Shown here: positions 21,571 through 34,333 of the stretch, piece by piece
How the letters are laid out: every line of letters begins with the position of its first letter
Numbering within the stretch: position 1 is the stretch's first letter
Assembly (NCBI GenBank): GCA_004431415.1
Contig: QPMI01000180.1
Coordinates: 62,001-126,000, forward strand
Direction of reading: 5' to 3'
DNA: 64,000 nucleotides
Source of the DNA: Cyanophora paradoxa CCMP329
Lineage: Eukaryota; Plantae; Glaucophyta
The notes under the pieces: generated by a model
Seen by the model: only the letters and a program-made list of their open reading frames with translations
Databases searched by the model: none
What the model was told of the DNA's origin: nothing
Program-made: the position numbers and the translations under genes

Positions 21571-24500
21571 TCACGGGTCCGGCTGGACCGTGACGACGGC
21601 GACGTCGACTCCGACGTCGGCGGCCGGCTCCCGCGGCCGCCGGCTTCGGGCACCCTCCGCCGGAGCCGGCTCGCCGATCGCGAGGGGCGGCGGCAGGGCG
21701 GCGGCGAGCCTCTGCCGGATCTCCCTGCGGGGGAGGGGGGCGAGGCGCGCGCGTCAGGGGAGGAGGGGCGGGGGGAAGAGATCGAGGGGGCGCACAGGAA
21801 CGTGGGGCGGTGCGCCGGGTTCTTGGAGAGGCAGGCGCGGGCGAGGGGCCGCAGGGGCTCCGGCACGGCGGCGAAGGCGCTCGCGGCGTACGGCTGCCCC
21901 CCGGCGAGCTGCTCCGGCCCGATGGGCTCGCCCCTGTACGGCTTCGCCCCCGTCGCCATCTCCATGAGGACGATGCCGAAGGCCCAGACCTGCGGCCCGG
22001 CGCGGCGCGTCGGCGCGCGCGCGGCGAGGAGGGGGCGGGGCGGGGCGGCGGGGCGCGCGTCGGCCTTGGTCGGCTCGCTCTTCGTGTAGGTCTCGGGCGG
22101 GAGGTAGACCCTGCGGAGCCGCCGGTCAGCGCGCGCGGGCCCCAGGCGCGAGGCCGCCGCGCCAGCGCACAGTGTGCCGCGGAGGGACTTGGCCGTCTCG
22201 ACGTGCCTCGAGATGCCTAAGCGGCCGCGGGGTCGGCGTCGCTTCAGACTGCGCGGGCGAGAGCAGCGCACCGAAGTCGCACACGCGCAGCGTCGGCCCC
22301 GCGCCGTCGACCTGACGCCGTCGAAGTTGCACACGCGCAGCGTCGGCCCCGCTAAGCGGGGCGGGGCCGGGGGCCGCGCACGCCGCGGAAGACGAGGATG
22401 TTCTGGGGCTTGAGGTCGCGGTGGGCGACGGGCCGCGGCAGCTCGTGGTGCAGGTACGCCATCCCTGCCATCGATCGCGGGGCGTCGCAAGCAGGTGTGA
22501 GCTCGAGGGCCGGCGAGGGGCGGGGCGGGGCGGACCGGCGGCGATCTGGAGGGCGAAGGGGCCGAGGAGGTGGGCGGGGAGGATGTCGCGGGAGGCGAGC
22601 AGCGCGCTCAGCGACAGGTCCGCCAGCGGCAGCACTGCGCCGGCCCATCGCCAGGAGCTCGCGCGGGGCGGGGCGGGGCGGGGGCGGGCGGGGCGGGGGC
22701 ACCAATGTAGAGCTTGAAGCGGTCGGCGAAGAGGGCCTCACAGCGGAGCACGTTCGGGTGCGAGCACGCCTGCCGCCCCCGCCCGTCAGCCCGCTGCCGT
22801 CCCGGCGCCCTCGCGTGAGAAGGGGATGGAGAGGGGCACCATCTGCAGCCGGGCCCCGTAGATCTCGCGCGCGGCGACCTGCGGGGCGGGCGGCAGGCGG
22901 CGCCGGCGGCGGTCACGGCGAATCGAACTGGGGTCGCGGGGCGGGGCGGGGCGGGGCGGGGCGGGGCGGGCTGGGGGGACCTCGGGGTCGGCGAGGGAGA
23001 CCTCCTTCACGGCCCGCTTGATCACCCGCAGCGCCTCCCGCTCGCCCGCCCGCCCCCGCCCCCGCCGCCCTCCGCTGCATCGCCGCCGCCGCCCGCCGCC
23101 GCGCCCTCCTTCCCCAGCCACGTCGCCGTCGCTTCCGGCACGCAGACCGCGTACACTGCCGCCGGCTCGCGTGAGGCATCGATGGCATCGGGATCGGGGC
23201 GGGGCGGGGCGGACCGCGGCCGAAGGCGCCCTCGCCGAGCATGGCGAGGGGCTCGCGGACGGCGCTCAGCAACGCCGGCGGGATCGGCTTCGGCGGCCAG
23301 GCGGCGGCGCGCTGGGCGAGGGACGGGCCGGGGGCGCCGGCGGGCGCCTCGGGCTTGCCCGAGTGGTCCGGGGCGGTCGTCGAGAGGGACGAGAAGCCCA
23401 GCAGGTCCAGCTGCTCCCGCCCGCTGAGTGCCGGGAAGTCGATCTGCGCGCGCGGCGCGAGCTCAGCGGCCGAGGGGCGCCTCGCGCCCTCGCTGCGGGC
23501 GGCGGGGGCGGCGGGGGCGGAGGGGGCGGACCCAGACGCTGGTGAAGTCGCCGCCCGTGAGCGCGCTGAAGGCGCCCGTCGTCTCGAGGAGGGAGCCCGG
23601 GGCCGGAGAGTGCGCCGTGTCGCCCGTCCCGGCGGAGACGGAGGCGGAGGCGGCGGAGGCGGCGGCGTACGCGCGGCGCCTGCGCCTGTGCCACACCGCG
23701 AGGCCCGCCGCCATCGCGATCGCCGCGACGCCGGCGCCGGCCGCCGCGCCGGCCGCCGCGCCGATCGGCGGGCCGCCGCCGCCGGAGGACCCGCCGCCGC
23801 CGGCGGCGGCTGGGACCGGCTGCTCGGCGGCCGGCCGCAGATCGGTCTGCCCTCGGCGTAGATCGTCTCGCCGCGGGCGAGGGCGGCGGCGGCGGCGCCG
23901 GCGCCCGGCGGGGGCGCGCCGGCGGCGAAGGAGGCGTTGAACATCGAGGAGACGGGCCGGTCGTCGAGACCCGGGAGCAGGAGCTGGCCGGCCCGCGTCA
24001 GGTTCGCCATCATCTCCAGGATGAAGCCCTCCGAGGTGTCCACGCCCCCGGCCGCCGAGGAGGAGGAGGAGGCGGCGCCCGCCTCGAAGAGCTGCAGCGG
24101 CCGAGTCAGGGGGTCAGTGAACGCTGGAGGCGGCGGGGGGCCGAGCTCGAGGGCGCGCCTGGACGTTGAGAAGGATGGAGCCGCAGCGGGCGTCGGCCAC
24201 ACGCACGCGCCCCTGCGCCCCCCCCCCCCCGCCCTCAGCGGAGGCGCGCGGGCCGCGGGAGGGCGGGCGGGGCGGGCGCCTCGGTGAGGTCGGCGCGGAG
24301 GGCGGCGGCGAGGAGGCGGGAGAGGCCCTGCGAGAGGGCGGCGAGGCTCTGCCGCCGCAGGAACGCCTCGCACTCCGGCAGCGTCGCCCGCACCGCCAGC
24401 CACAGCTCCACCGCCGCGCGCCCCGGCGCCCCCGCCGGCGTCGGCGTCGCGCCCGCGCTCGGCGAGGGCAGCGCGCCGGCGGCCGGCGGCGCCGAGGCCG

Positions 24501-27500
24501 CCGGCGCGGGCGTCGGGAGGCGGACGGGGGCGCCGCCGCGGGAGGGCTGGCCACGGGACTCGGGGAGGGCTGGGGCGTCGGGGTGTGGACGGGGGCGGCT
24601 GTGGGGGTCGCCGGGGCGGGCGCCACGGCCGGCAGGCTCCCAAAGGGGAGGGCGGGCAGCTCGCCCGGGAGGGGGTACGTGCAGGCGCTTTTGGTCTCCG
24701 GCACGGTGCCTGCGCGCGGATCTCGATCTCGAGGGAGCCCGGCGCGCAGGGAAGAGCCGGGGGGTACCGGAGAGCGAGAGGAGGCGGGACTGCGGGGCGG
24801 GCGGGCCCGTCGCGCCGAAGAGAACTCTGGCGCGTGGGCGGGCGGCGAGACCGGGTGAGGGGGCGGGGCCGGGCCGGGGCGAGGGGCGGGGGCGGGCGGG
24901 GCGGGCGCACGCGGTGCAGGCGGGGCAGTCCGAGGCGAGGAGGAAGGGGCCCTCGAGGGGCGGGAGCTCCAGCTCCAGCTCCTGCTCCGCCGCCCCGTCT
25001 GCCCCGCCCGCGCTCGCCGTCAGGCCGCGGGGCGGGCGCGCGGGGCGCGGGGGCTGCGCGGCGGGCGGGCGGGCGGGGCGCGCGCCGGCCGGGTCGAGGA
25101 AGGCGACGGCGGCGGCGGAGGCGGCGGCGCCGGTCGAGTTGGCGAGGAGGGCGTAGAGGTGCCCCTGGCAGGCCCCGAGGCGGAAGGCGGCGGGGGCGGA
25201 GGGGCGCCGGAGCACGCCCACGAGGCGGAAGGCGCGGCCGCCCGCGCCCGCCGCGTTGCGGCCCAGGTCCACCGCGCTGCCGGCGCCGGAGGGGGCGGCG
25301 TGAGCGGATCGAACTCGCTCGAGTTCGGAGGGGATCGAGTTCGGAGGGCGCGCACTGGAGGGAGATGGCGCTGGAGCCCTCCGACGCCCCCGCCACGTAC
25401 CACGTCGCGTCTGCCGGCGAGTCTAAGGCGGAACCTCGACGCGAGGGGCGATATCGATCGCGGCGGCGGGCGTGGCACCGAGGCGGGCGCAGGACGGGGA
25501 AGGGCGCGGGGGGATGTCGAGGTTGCCCTGCCGCACCTCCGTGCCCCAGGCAGCCCCTGCCAGCTCCAGGCTGCGCGGCGGGCCGTCGGCCCGGCGCCGC
25601 GGACGGGGCCCAGCGAGAGGGAGCCGCGGGGCGCGGCCGACCTGAGCATGTCGTTCCTCGAGGCGACCGTTCCTCCCGTGGAGCCAACCCCGCCGAACAC
25701 CTTCGCGCGAGGGCGCGTCAACGTCGCCGGTACGGTATGAAAGCTCGAGGCCGGGGCGGGGCGGGGCGGACCCAGAGCCGCTGGTCGTGGAAGGTCGCGC
25801 AGTGGCCCGCCCTCGCGACGGGCATGGGCGGGAGGTCGGCGCGCGCCTCGAAGGAGACGGGGAACGCCCACGCCGCCGCCGCGAGGCTCTCCGCCGCGGC
25901 CGCGGACCCGACGTACCCCCCTGCGGACGAGGATCGGAAGCGCTCACGCCGGCGGGCGCGCGACGAGGTCCGCGCCGCGGCCCGCTCACCGGCACAGAAG
26001 ACGACGCCGCTCTGGTCCCACGCGCACTCCATACCGAACCCGTCGAAGGGCGCGCGCGCCGCCGCCTCCGTCCACTCCCCCATCCCTGCGCGCCGGCGCC
26101 CTCACGATGGTCAGCGGGCCGAGAAAGCAGCGGCGCCCGAGGAGGTCGGCGCGCCTGCGTCGTAGACGAGGACCGCGGCGCTCGGGGCCGGCGCGGCGGC
26201 GTCTGGGAGCCTGCCGAAGAGGGCGAGCTTGGAGCGGCCGAAGGCGCTGCGGAAGAGGACGGCCGCCGAGAAGCGGGCGCCGGCGGGGGCGAGGGCGCCC
26301 GGGGCCGCCCCCTCGCTCCCCTTCATGAGGAAGATCCCTGCGGGGCCCTCAGGCGCCGATCGCGAGCCCCGCCCGGGACGCGCCGGCGAGGGCTAGCTAC
26401 GGCGCTCACCGGGGACGGGGGCGGTGGCGGCGGGGGACCACGGGGACTCCCTCCCCGCCGACGAGACGACCCTCGCGCGGCACGAGGCGGACCAGGCGCC
26501 GCTCTCCGACGCCGCCACGCGCAGCGACGCCGCGAGCGGCGGGGCGGCGCCGGCGCCGGCGGGGAGCGAGGCGGCGTAGGGCCGCCGGCGCCGAGGCACT
26601 GCAGCTCGGCGCGGGCGGCGCTCTGGCCCTCCGTGAAGGCGATCCGGAGGGACAGGAGCGTCGCGTTGACCGCCGCGAGCGCCTCGACGCGCGGCGCCGA
26701 CGGCGCGGCCGCGGGGACGGGCAGCGACGCGAAGGCCGGGGGCGAGAGGAGGCCCGTCGCCGCCGCCCGAGCGACGAAGGTGCAGTTCGCGAGGTAGCCG
26801 GCGCTGTACTGGGGGGCGATCGCGACGAGGGCGGCGACGCGGCCGGCCGCCTCCTGCGGGGCACCGATGGGCGCGCTCGCCACGTACGGCCCTCCGAGCC
26901 CGCTGCAGTTGCAGGCGACCTGCGACACGCCCTGCGCCGCCGAGAAAGAGAGCTCCGCCCGCAAATGCGTCTCGTTGACCAGCGTCAGAACGATGCCCCA
27001 CGGAGCCCACGGGTTGGCTGCTCGGGCCGGGGGCGATCATGAGGCGCGAGAAGCGTCACATGGCCGATGTCAATGCGACGCGACGCACCCGCCGACACGA
27101 GCAGGGAGACGTTGGCGGCGGCGGTGCGGAGCCCCGAGGCAGCGAGGACAGCGGGCGAGCACGAGACGGTGTAGTTGCCGAAGTAGTTCGGAGACACCGG
27201 CACGGGGACGGTCGCCCCGCCGGAGTCCGCGTCCGCCACTCTCGCGCGCACGAGGTACGGGCCGCCAAACCCGTCGCACTCGACCTCGACTTGGCTGACG
27301 TTCTGGCCCGAGGTGAAAGCAACGCGGAACTGCAGGAGCGTCGAATTCACGGCCGCCGTGGCAAGACACGTCGGCATCTCCGGATGCGCTGCGACACGGC
27401 CGCGTAAGCCGAGGCAAGATTCGAGATACGGGGAAAAGGGAAGCAGAAGCAACAAAAGAAACACACCGGCTGGTGTCGTCACCAAGTCTGCCGATTTCCA

Positions 27501-30500
27501 GGCTGACGCCTCGCCTGTCGATGCCCGCACGCGCGCCTTGCAGCTCAGGTCGTAGCTCCCGCCATACGACGGCGCAAGCCCCATGCTGATGTTCAATCCA
27601 GGCGCTGCAGCGTCCGTCGCCGTCGTGTTGACAGAATACGGTCCGCCGAAGCCCGAGCACTCAATCTCCGTCGCAATGACGCTCTGATCCGCCGTGAAGC
27701 GGACGCGCGCCACCGCCTGCGTCGCGTTGACGATGAAAACAGCCACATCCAGCGGCGCCCACGGCACAGCTGCAGGAACCGCGTCCAGTCAACGAGCGAG
27801 TTGGAAGCCCCTGCAACACGAGGGCCGCCCGCACCTGCCGGCACAGTCCTCGCCGCTGCAGCCGTCCATGCCGACACCAAACCCGTCGACGCCCGCACAC
27901 GGGCCGAGCAGCTCAGGTCGAAACCGCCGCTGTACGACGGCGAGAGCGGGACGCTGACGTTGAGACCCGACGCGTCGGCGTCGGCTGCCGTCGCGTTCAC
28001 TCGGTACGGGCCGCCGAGCCCGCCGCACTCGACCTCGACTTCCACAACGCTCTGGTTCGCTCCGAACGCCACGCGCAGCGTTGCCAGCGTCGCGTTCGTG
28101 GACGCCACCGTTACTTCCGCGGGGGCCCACGGCGCGGCTGCGCAGCGGAGCAGAACGCGCACGTCAGCCGCCGCAGGCTGAAGGCAGACCTCTTGATGCT
28201 ATCGCTACGGCGCTGATCATGACGTGCACAACATCACAAGCGCACCCGCTGGAACCGATGCAGGGGCCGCAGAGGTCCAGGGCGACGTTAGTTCCGTCGA
28301 CGCCCGCACGCGCACTGCGCAGGCCAGCTCGTAGCTGCCGCCATACGACGGGCTGAGCTGGAGGCTGACGTTGAGGCCGCCTGCCACCGCGTCCGTCGCC
28401 GACGCATTCAGCCGGTACGGGCCGCCAAAGCCCGAGCACTCCACCTCGGCCGCCGCGACGAACTGGCCTGCAGTATAGCGCACGCGCATCGCCGCCTGCG
28501 TTGCGTTGGTCGAGGCGACAGCGACTTCCAGCGGCGCCCACGGCGCGGCTGCGCATGGCACAAAACAATCACCGGAATGAATGCCCGAAGAAGGTTTACG
28601 CGAAGGCGACATACCTGAAGGAACAGCCGCTGTTGCCGCCGCCGTCCAGGCTGATGCCTCGCCCGTCGATGCACGCACGCGCGCCTTGCAGCTCAGGTCG
28701 TAGCTCCCGCCATACGACGGCGCAAGCCCCATGCTGATGTTCATTCCGGGCGCTGCTGCGTCCGTCGCCGTCGCGTTAACAGAATACGGTCCGCCGAAGC
28801 CCGAGCACTCGATCTCCGCCGCAATGACGCTCTGATCCGCCGTGAAGCGGACGCGCGCCACCGCCTGCGTCGCGTTGACGATGAAAACAGCCACATCCAG
28901 CGGCGCCCACGGAACGGCTGCAGGAACCGCGTCCAGTCAACGAGCGAGTTGGAAGCCCCTGCAACACGAGGGCCGCCCGCACCTGCCGGCACAGTCCTCG
29001 CCGCTGCAGCCGTCCATGCCGACACCAAACCCGTCGACGCCCGCACACGGGCCGAGCAGCTCAGGTCGAAGCCGCCGCTGTACGACGGCGAGAGCGGGAC
29101 GCTGACGTTGAGACCCGACGCGTCGGCGTCGGCTGCCGTCGAGTTCGTTCGGTACGGGCCGCCGAACCCGTCGCACTCGACCTCGACTTCCACAACGCTC
29201 TGGTTCGCTCCGAACGCCACGCGCAGCGTTGCCAGCGTCGCGTTCGTGGACGCAACCGTTACTTCCGCGGGGGCCCACGGCGCGGCTGCGCAGCGGAGCA
29301 GAACGCGCACGTCAGCCGCCGCAGGCTGAAGGCGGACCTCTTGTTGCTATCGCTACGGCGCTGATCATGACGTGCGCGACATCACAAGCGCACCCGCTGA
29401 AACTGATGCAGGGGCCGCAGAGGTCCAGGGCGACGTTAGGTCCGTCGACGCCCGCACGCGCACTGCGCATGCCAGCTCGTAGCTGCCGCCATACGACGGG
29501 CTGAGCTGGAGGCTGACGTTGAGGCCGCCTGCCACCGCGTCCGTCGCCGACGCATTCAGCCGGTACGGGCCGCCAAAGCCCGAGCACTCCACCTCGGCCG
29601 CCGTGACGAACTGGCCTGCAGTATAGCGCACGCGCATCGCCGCCTGCGTTGCGTTGGTCGAGGCGACAGCGACTTCCAGCGGCGCCCACGGCGCGGCTGC
29701 GCATGGCACAAAACAATCACCGGAATGAATGCCCGAAGAAGGTTTACGCGAAGGCGACATACCTGAAGGAACAGCCGCTGTTGCCGCCGCCGTCCAGGCT
29801 GATGCCTCGCCTGTCGATGCCCGCACGCGCGCCTTGCAGCTCAGGTCGTAGCTCCCGCCATACGACGGCGCAAGCCCTATGCTGATGTTCAATCCAGGCG
29901 CTGCTGCGTCCGTCGCCGTCGCGTTGACAGAATACGGTCCGCCGAAGCCCGAGCACTCGATCTCCGCCGCAATGACGCTCTGATCCGCCGTGAAGCGGAC
30001 GCGCGCCACCGCCTGCGTCGCGTTGACGATGAAAACAGCCACATCCAGCGGCGCCCACGGCACAGCTGCAGGAACCGCGTCCAGTCAACGAGCGAGTTGG
30101 AAGCCCCTGCAACACGAGGGCCGCCCGCACCTGCCGGCACAGTCCTCGCCGCTGCAGCCGTCCATGCCGACACCAAACCCGTCGACGCCCGCACACGGGC
30201 CGAGCAGCTCAGGTCGAAGCCGCCGCTGTACGACGGCGAGAGCGGGACGCTGACGTTGAGACCCGACGCGTCGGCGTCGGCTGCCGTCGAGTTCGTTCGG
30301 TACGGGCCGCCGAACCCGTCGCACTCGACCTCGACTTCCACAACGCTCTGGTTCGCTCCGAACGCCACGCGCAGCGTTGCCAGCGTCGCGTTCGTGGACG
30401 CCACCGTTACTTCCGCGGGGGCCCACGGCGCGGCTGCGCAGCGGAGCAGAACGCGCACGTCAGCCGCCGCAGGCTGAAGGCGGACCTCTTGATGCTATCG

Positions 30501-33500
30501 CTACAGCGCTGATCATGACGTGCGCGACATCACAAGCGCACCCGCTGGAACCGATGCAGGGGCCGCAGAGGTCCAGGGCGACGTTAGGTCCGTCGACGCC
30601 CGCACGCGCACTGCGCAGGCCAGCTCGTAGCTGCCGCCATACGACGGGCTGAGCTGGAGGCTGACGTTGAGGCCGCCTGCCACCGCGTCCGTCGCCGACG
30701 CATTCAGCCGGTACGGGCCGCCAAAGCCCGAGCACTCCACCTCGGCCGCCGTGACGAACTGGCCTGCAGTATAGCGCACGCGCATCGCCGCCTGCGTTGC
30801 GTTGGTCGAGGCGACAGCGACTTCCAGCGGCGCCCACGGCGCGGCTGCGCTTAGCAATCGGTTTTTGCCTTGCTTGAGACTGATTAAACCATGTCGCACC
30901 GGGAGGGACGATGACAACACCGGCCTGCGCACGAGCGAGGAACTGCCCGACGGCCGCAAACGCGTCGACTGCGCAGTCGAGGCCGTAGGCCGCAGAGAAA
31001 GAGCTGGCAACGGCAAGGGCGATGACCGCGCGCGACGCGTCCGCGTCCGCAACGCCCCTTGAAGAAGCGAAGGACTGCCCAGCAAACAGGCCTCCTGGAC
31101 GTGCTGTGCAGTTTGCGGCGAGGGAGGCGATGCCGCGACCGAAGCCAAAGCTCGAGACCACGGTCACACTCCCCGCGCCAGCTGAGCTCGCCGAACAGAT
31201 CAGTGGCCTCAGGTTCTCGCCTGTGCGGCAACCGGTCAACACAGCTGAGAGGTATCTTTGAGAACAAAAGCATCTCACGCGCCATTGTCTTTGACCACAA
31301 AGTAGTTCGTGAGCTGGTGCGACTGGACGGTCTGGTTCGACGCGTCCAAAATGCGAATAATGTAGTCGCCCGCCGTGCTGTTGGCGGGAAGCTGTAGCGT
31401 GATGTTCCCTCCGGCGGATTCGGAAGCGTTCAGATACGTGCTCGAGAGGACGACCCCGCTCCAGGACTGGCGCGGCCTCGATCGTGAGCGCTCGCGGGGC
31501 GAGGTGAGACGCCAGGTGAGGGCGGTCGCGCACGAGGACGGCGCTGCCGTTGCTGGGGAGGAGGTGCGCCTCGAGGGGGAAGGACCAGGCCGCCGCCGTC
31601 CACGCCAGCGGCAGGGACGTGTTGGACCAGATCTCGTACCCCGCCTCCCAGTGGAGGAGCTCGAGCAGATTCCCTGCGAGGCGGCGGCGTCGGCGCGCTG
31701 CAGGCAATGCGCACGCGGGCGGCGGCCGACGCGCATGCTGGAATGGTGAAGGAGGGCGTCCGCAGGCTGTTTCCACCCGCCGGAACGAGACGCAGCTGGT
31801 AGGAGCCTGCATTGAGAAGAGAGGGGATCGGGACGTCGAGCTGCCCGCCGGTCTTTAGTAGAATGACGGACGTCAGCAGACCGAGCTGAGAAGAGAGCAA
31901 TCGAAAGTGAGCTCCAGGCCCTTCATGATCATGAGCAGGTTATGAGCAGGAATGACACCTCGATTGGCGGCGTGTTGACGCTGGAGTCGGCAGCAGTGAG
32001 AACCACGGAAGCGGGGCCGTACGAGCGACTCGCCGCAGACCACGTCACGTTCAGCTGCGCGCGAAGAAAGCTCAAGTGAGTTTGAATTCCCTGTAGATCT
32101 TAAGCTTGAACAGAGTATCCAGAAAAACCGGACAAAGAGCTCACGCTGGATCCCCTCTGTACAACCTGGCCGACGGAGGGGCCAGTCCAGGTCACGGAGG
32201 CGGCGGGCACGGTAACTGGACCCGCACTGAGCAGCGTGCACGCGACACCAGAATATCGATAGAAAGAGCTAGAGAGAGCCGTGATCATGACATACCCGTC
32301 AACTCGACGAGGGAATCAGAGTAGTCATATACCGGACTGAAACTCGTGTCCCAGCCCGCAGCCATAAATCTGCAGCTTCGTCAACGGCTGCGGGAGGAGG
32401 GCGGGTGCACTGAGCGGGGCGCCGCGCGAGCGCACATCTTGCAGGCGAGCTGGCCCCCGATCTCGAGGTCGTACGCGGCCTGTGCAGCTGCGAACACAGC
32501 AAGCCTTTCGCCGGGGTAGGCAAAAGGGTATCCAGGGTTGTACGTGAATTCCACGACTCCGTCTGCAGGATGCGACAACGTATTCAATGAGGTTCGCGCT
32601 GGAACTGAATGTCAAACGCACCCGCCGGATTGATAACTGCGTGAATGGGTCCACCTTGCGCTGCGCATGCCACATAGTGATCATGAGCTCATCGCATTCG
32701 GAATTGCTTGAACGGTCCAAGGAGCGCCGCACGAGCAGACATCCAGAGAAGCCCTTGGCACGGCGCCGCATACTCGACTAAGCCCGCATAATAGCCGGTG
32801 GAAACGGGGGTCAAGAAAGTCCAGCGCTTGGGAGATGCCGCCGCCAGATCCACATAGCTGCGTTGACGTTGCGCGGCAGTCAAATGCGGAGAGTGGGCAT
32901 ATAGAAAAGCGCACGCGCGCGCACTACACGTCGTACTGCGCGATGAAAAACCGGCTTCCTGCAGAGGCGGACTGTAACTCACGATCATTCTTAAATGGCA
33001 TCGATATCGGCGTGCATTATCGCACCTTGCCGAGCACATGAATTCAGGCGGCGGCCGCTCATGTCGCTGTTCCCTGCAGGCTCTTGTAAGGCTGAGCAAA
33101 AAAGCAAACCGGATATTTCAGTCGTCAGCATACCGTTCGGGATCTCGACTGTCCAACTCTGAGAGCTGGGAGAGTATCTGCGGCAGAGAGGGCCGGGGGA
33201 ACGTTACAAGTACTACAGGCAACTTCGCGTGAGTAGACGGGTCGCACCGGAGGAGGTCATTGAGATACGTTGAGCCGGGCCCGATACCGGCAGCCAGCCA
33301 GAAGCTGCCTCCAAAAAACGTGACGCAAAAATCGTTGCGATATCCGTACGCAGTCAATATTTCTCGTGACTCTGTCGCCACGTCGAATCTGTAGAACGAG
33401 TGCTCATCTGGGACGCGTACGCCCTTATCATCGGCAAGAAGATGCGGGCGGGCCGGGGCGGAAGGGCGCACGGTAGCAGTAGATGAAATTCGCCCCATCC

Positions 33501-34333
33501 CAATCGCAGTGGTACTGCGGAAGATGGAATTTCAGGACTGTCCTCATGGTTGTCAGCCTCCACTCCCGCGTCTCTGCTCGAGAATTGTCGGCTCTACAGT
33601 TCACGATCGAATGTCTACAGCTAATTTGATAAGGAACAGAATCTCGTACCCAAGTTAATCACCCAAACTTCATCATAGCGCACTTCGGGAGTGCCGCCAT
33701 AGCCCGAGAGGACGGCAAAGAGTGGGACATGTACAGCGGAGCTGTTGCGGAAGAGCACGCCGCATGACCACTGCCTCACCCCAAATTCCGACGGCACGGG
33801 CCTGTTCCTGACGAGAGTCACGGAGAAACCTGCGGCTGTTGAATTAGTGCGCCGATTGGGAGCTCGATCGAGGCTCGAGGGGCGCTGGGGATCACGTCAT
33901 CATGCCGGGCGAGCCCATGGCTAAACTACTAGCTGGGGAGGCGCTGGAAGCGGGTCCTGGCGGGTGTGGGGGGGGGGGGAGGGGGAGGGGGGGAGGGGGT
34001 GGGGGTGGGGGGGGGGGGGGGGGGGTGAAGGGGTTGGTTGGAAGGAGCTAGGGATGGGCTAGCGATCGAGGTGTCAGGGATTTGTAGGTGTGGGTGGGTG
34101 GCCGGGGGTCGGGGATGGGGCGGGGGTGGGTGGGTGTGTTGGGGGGGGGGGGGTGGGAGTGGAGGGGCGGGGGGGGGGGGGGGGGCGGGGGGATCCGGAT
34201 GCATGGCAAAAAGCTGGCTGCTTGACGCAGCAGGGGCGGGGGTCGCCAGTTTGTAATCACCTTGGGATGAAGCGATGGGGAGCAGAGCCGTCGTCAAGAG
34301 CGCCGCGAACCCGATCGCTATGCACATGTACAT
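21571..34333 (-). CDS. Very large receptor-like protein kinase (TKL-like): signal peptide, Pro-rich stretch, kelch-like and beta-sandwich ectodomain repeats, single TM, kinase. Linkage of the 31-34 kb part to the rest is uncertain
   Basis: Kinase motifs LGEGAFG, AVKEV, HPNVLR, GMAYLH, HRDLKPQNIL, VCDFG, GTL-VYLPPE, DVWAFGIVLMEMATG, CLSKNPAHRPTF; stop at 21571. TM GAGVAAIAMAAGLAVW-HRRRRR at ~23680-23770. Kelch-like RAGHCATFHDQRLW-VFGG. Many N-x-S/T sites. N-terminus MYMCIAIGFAALLTTALLPIASS. Confidence 0.68.
26560..30846 (-). repeat. Array of ~12 ~100-aa two-Cys FN3/Ig-like domains, mostly one per exon; nine form a near-identical (A-B-C)x3 block of 1148-bp period
   Basis: ORFs recur at 27593/28741/29889 and 28164/29312/30460. 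Consensus PWAP-x-V...NAT...RV-F...EC-GFGGPY...PSY-G-Y-L-C--RVRASTG--S-W...VP. Introns are duplicated along with the exons. Confidence 0.92.

Noticed and set aside
22913-25687. Long Arg/Pro/Gly/Ala-rich ORFs (also 38089-43137, 36885-38507 and many others)
   Set aside because: These are off-frame or antisense products of extreme GC content and stop-free introns. The real proteins are spliced mosaics of several frames.
33960-34195. Poly-G tract as telomeric or G4 regulatory repeat
   Set aside because: Explained as the antisense of a poly-proline coding stretch after a signal peptide; exact run lengths are unreliable.
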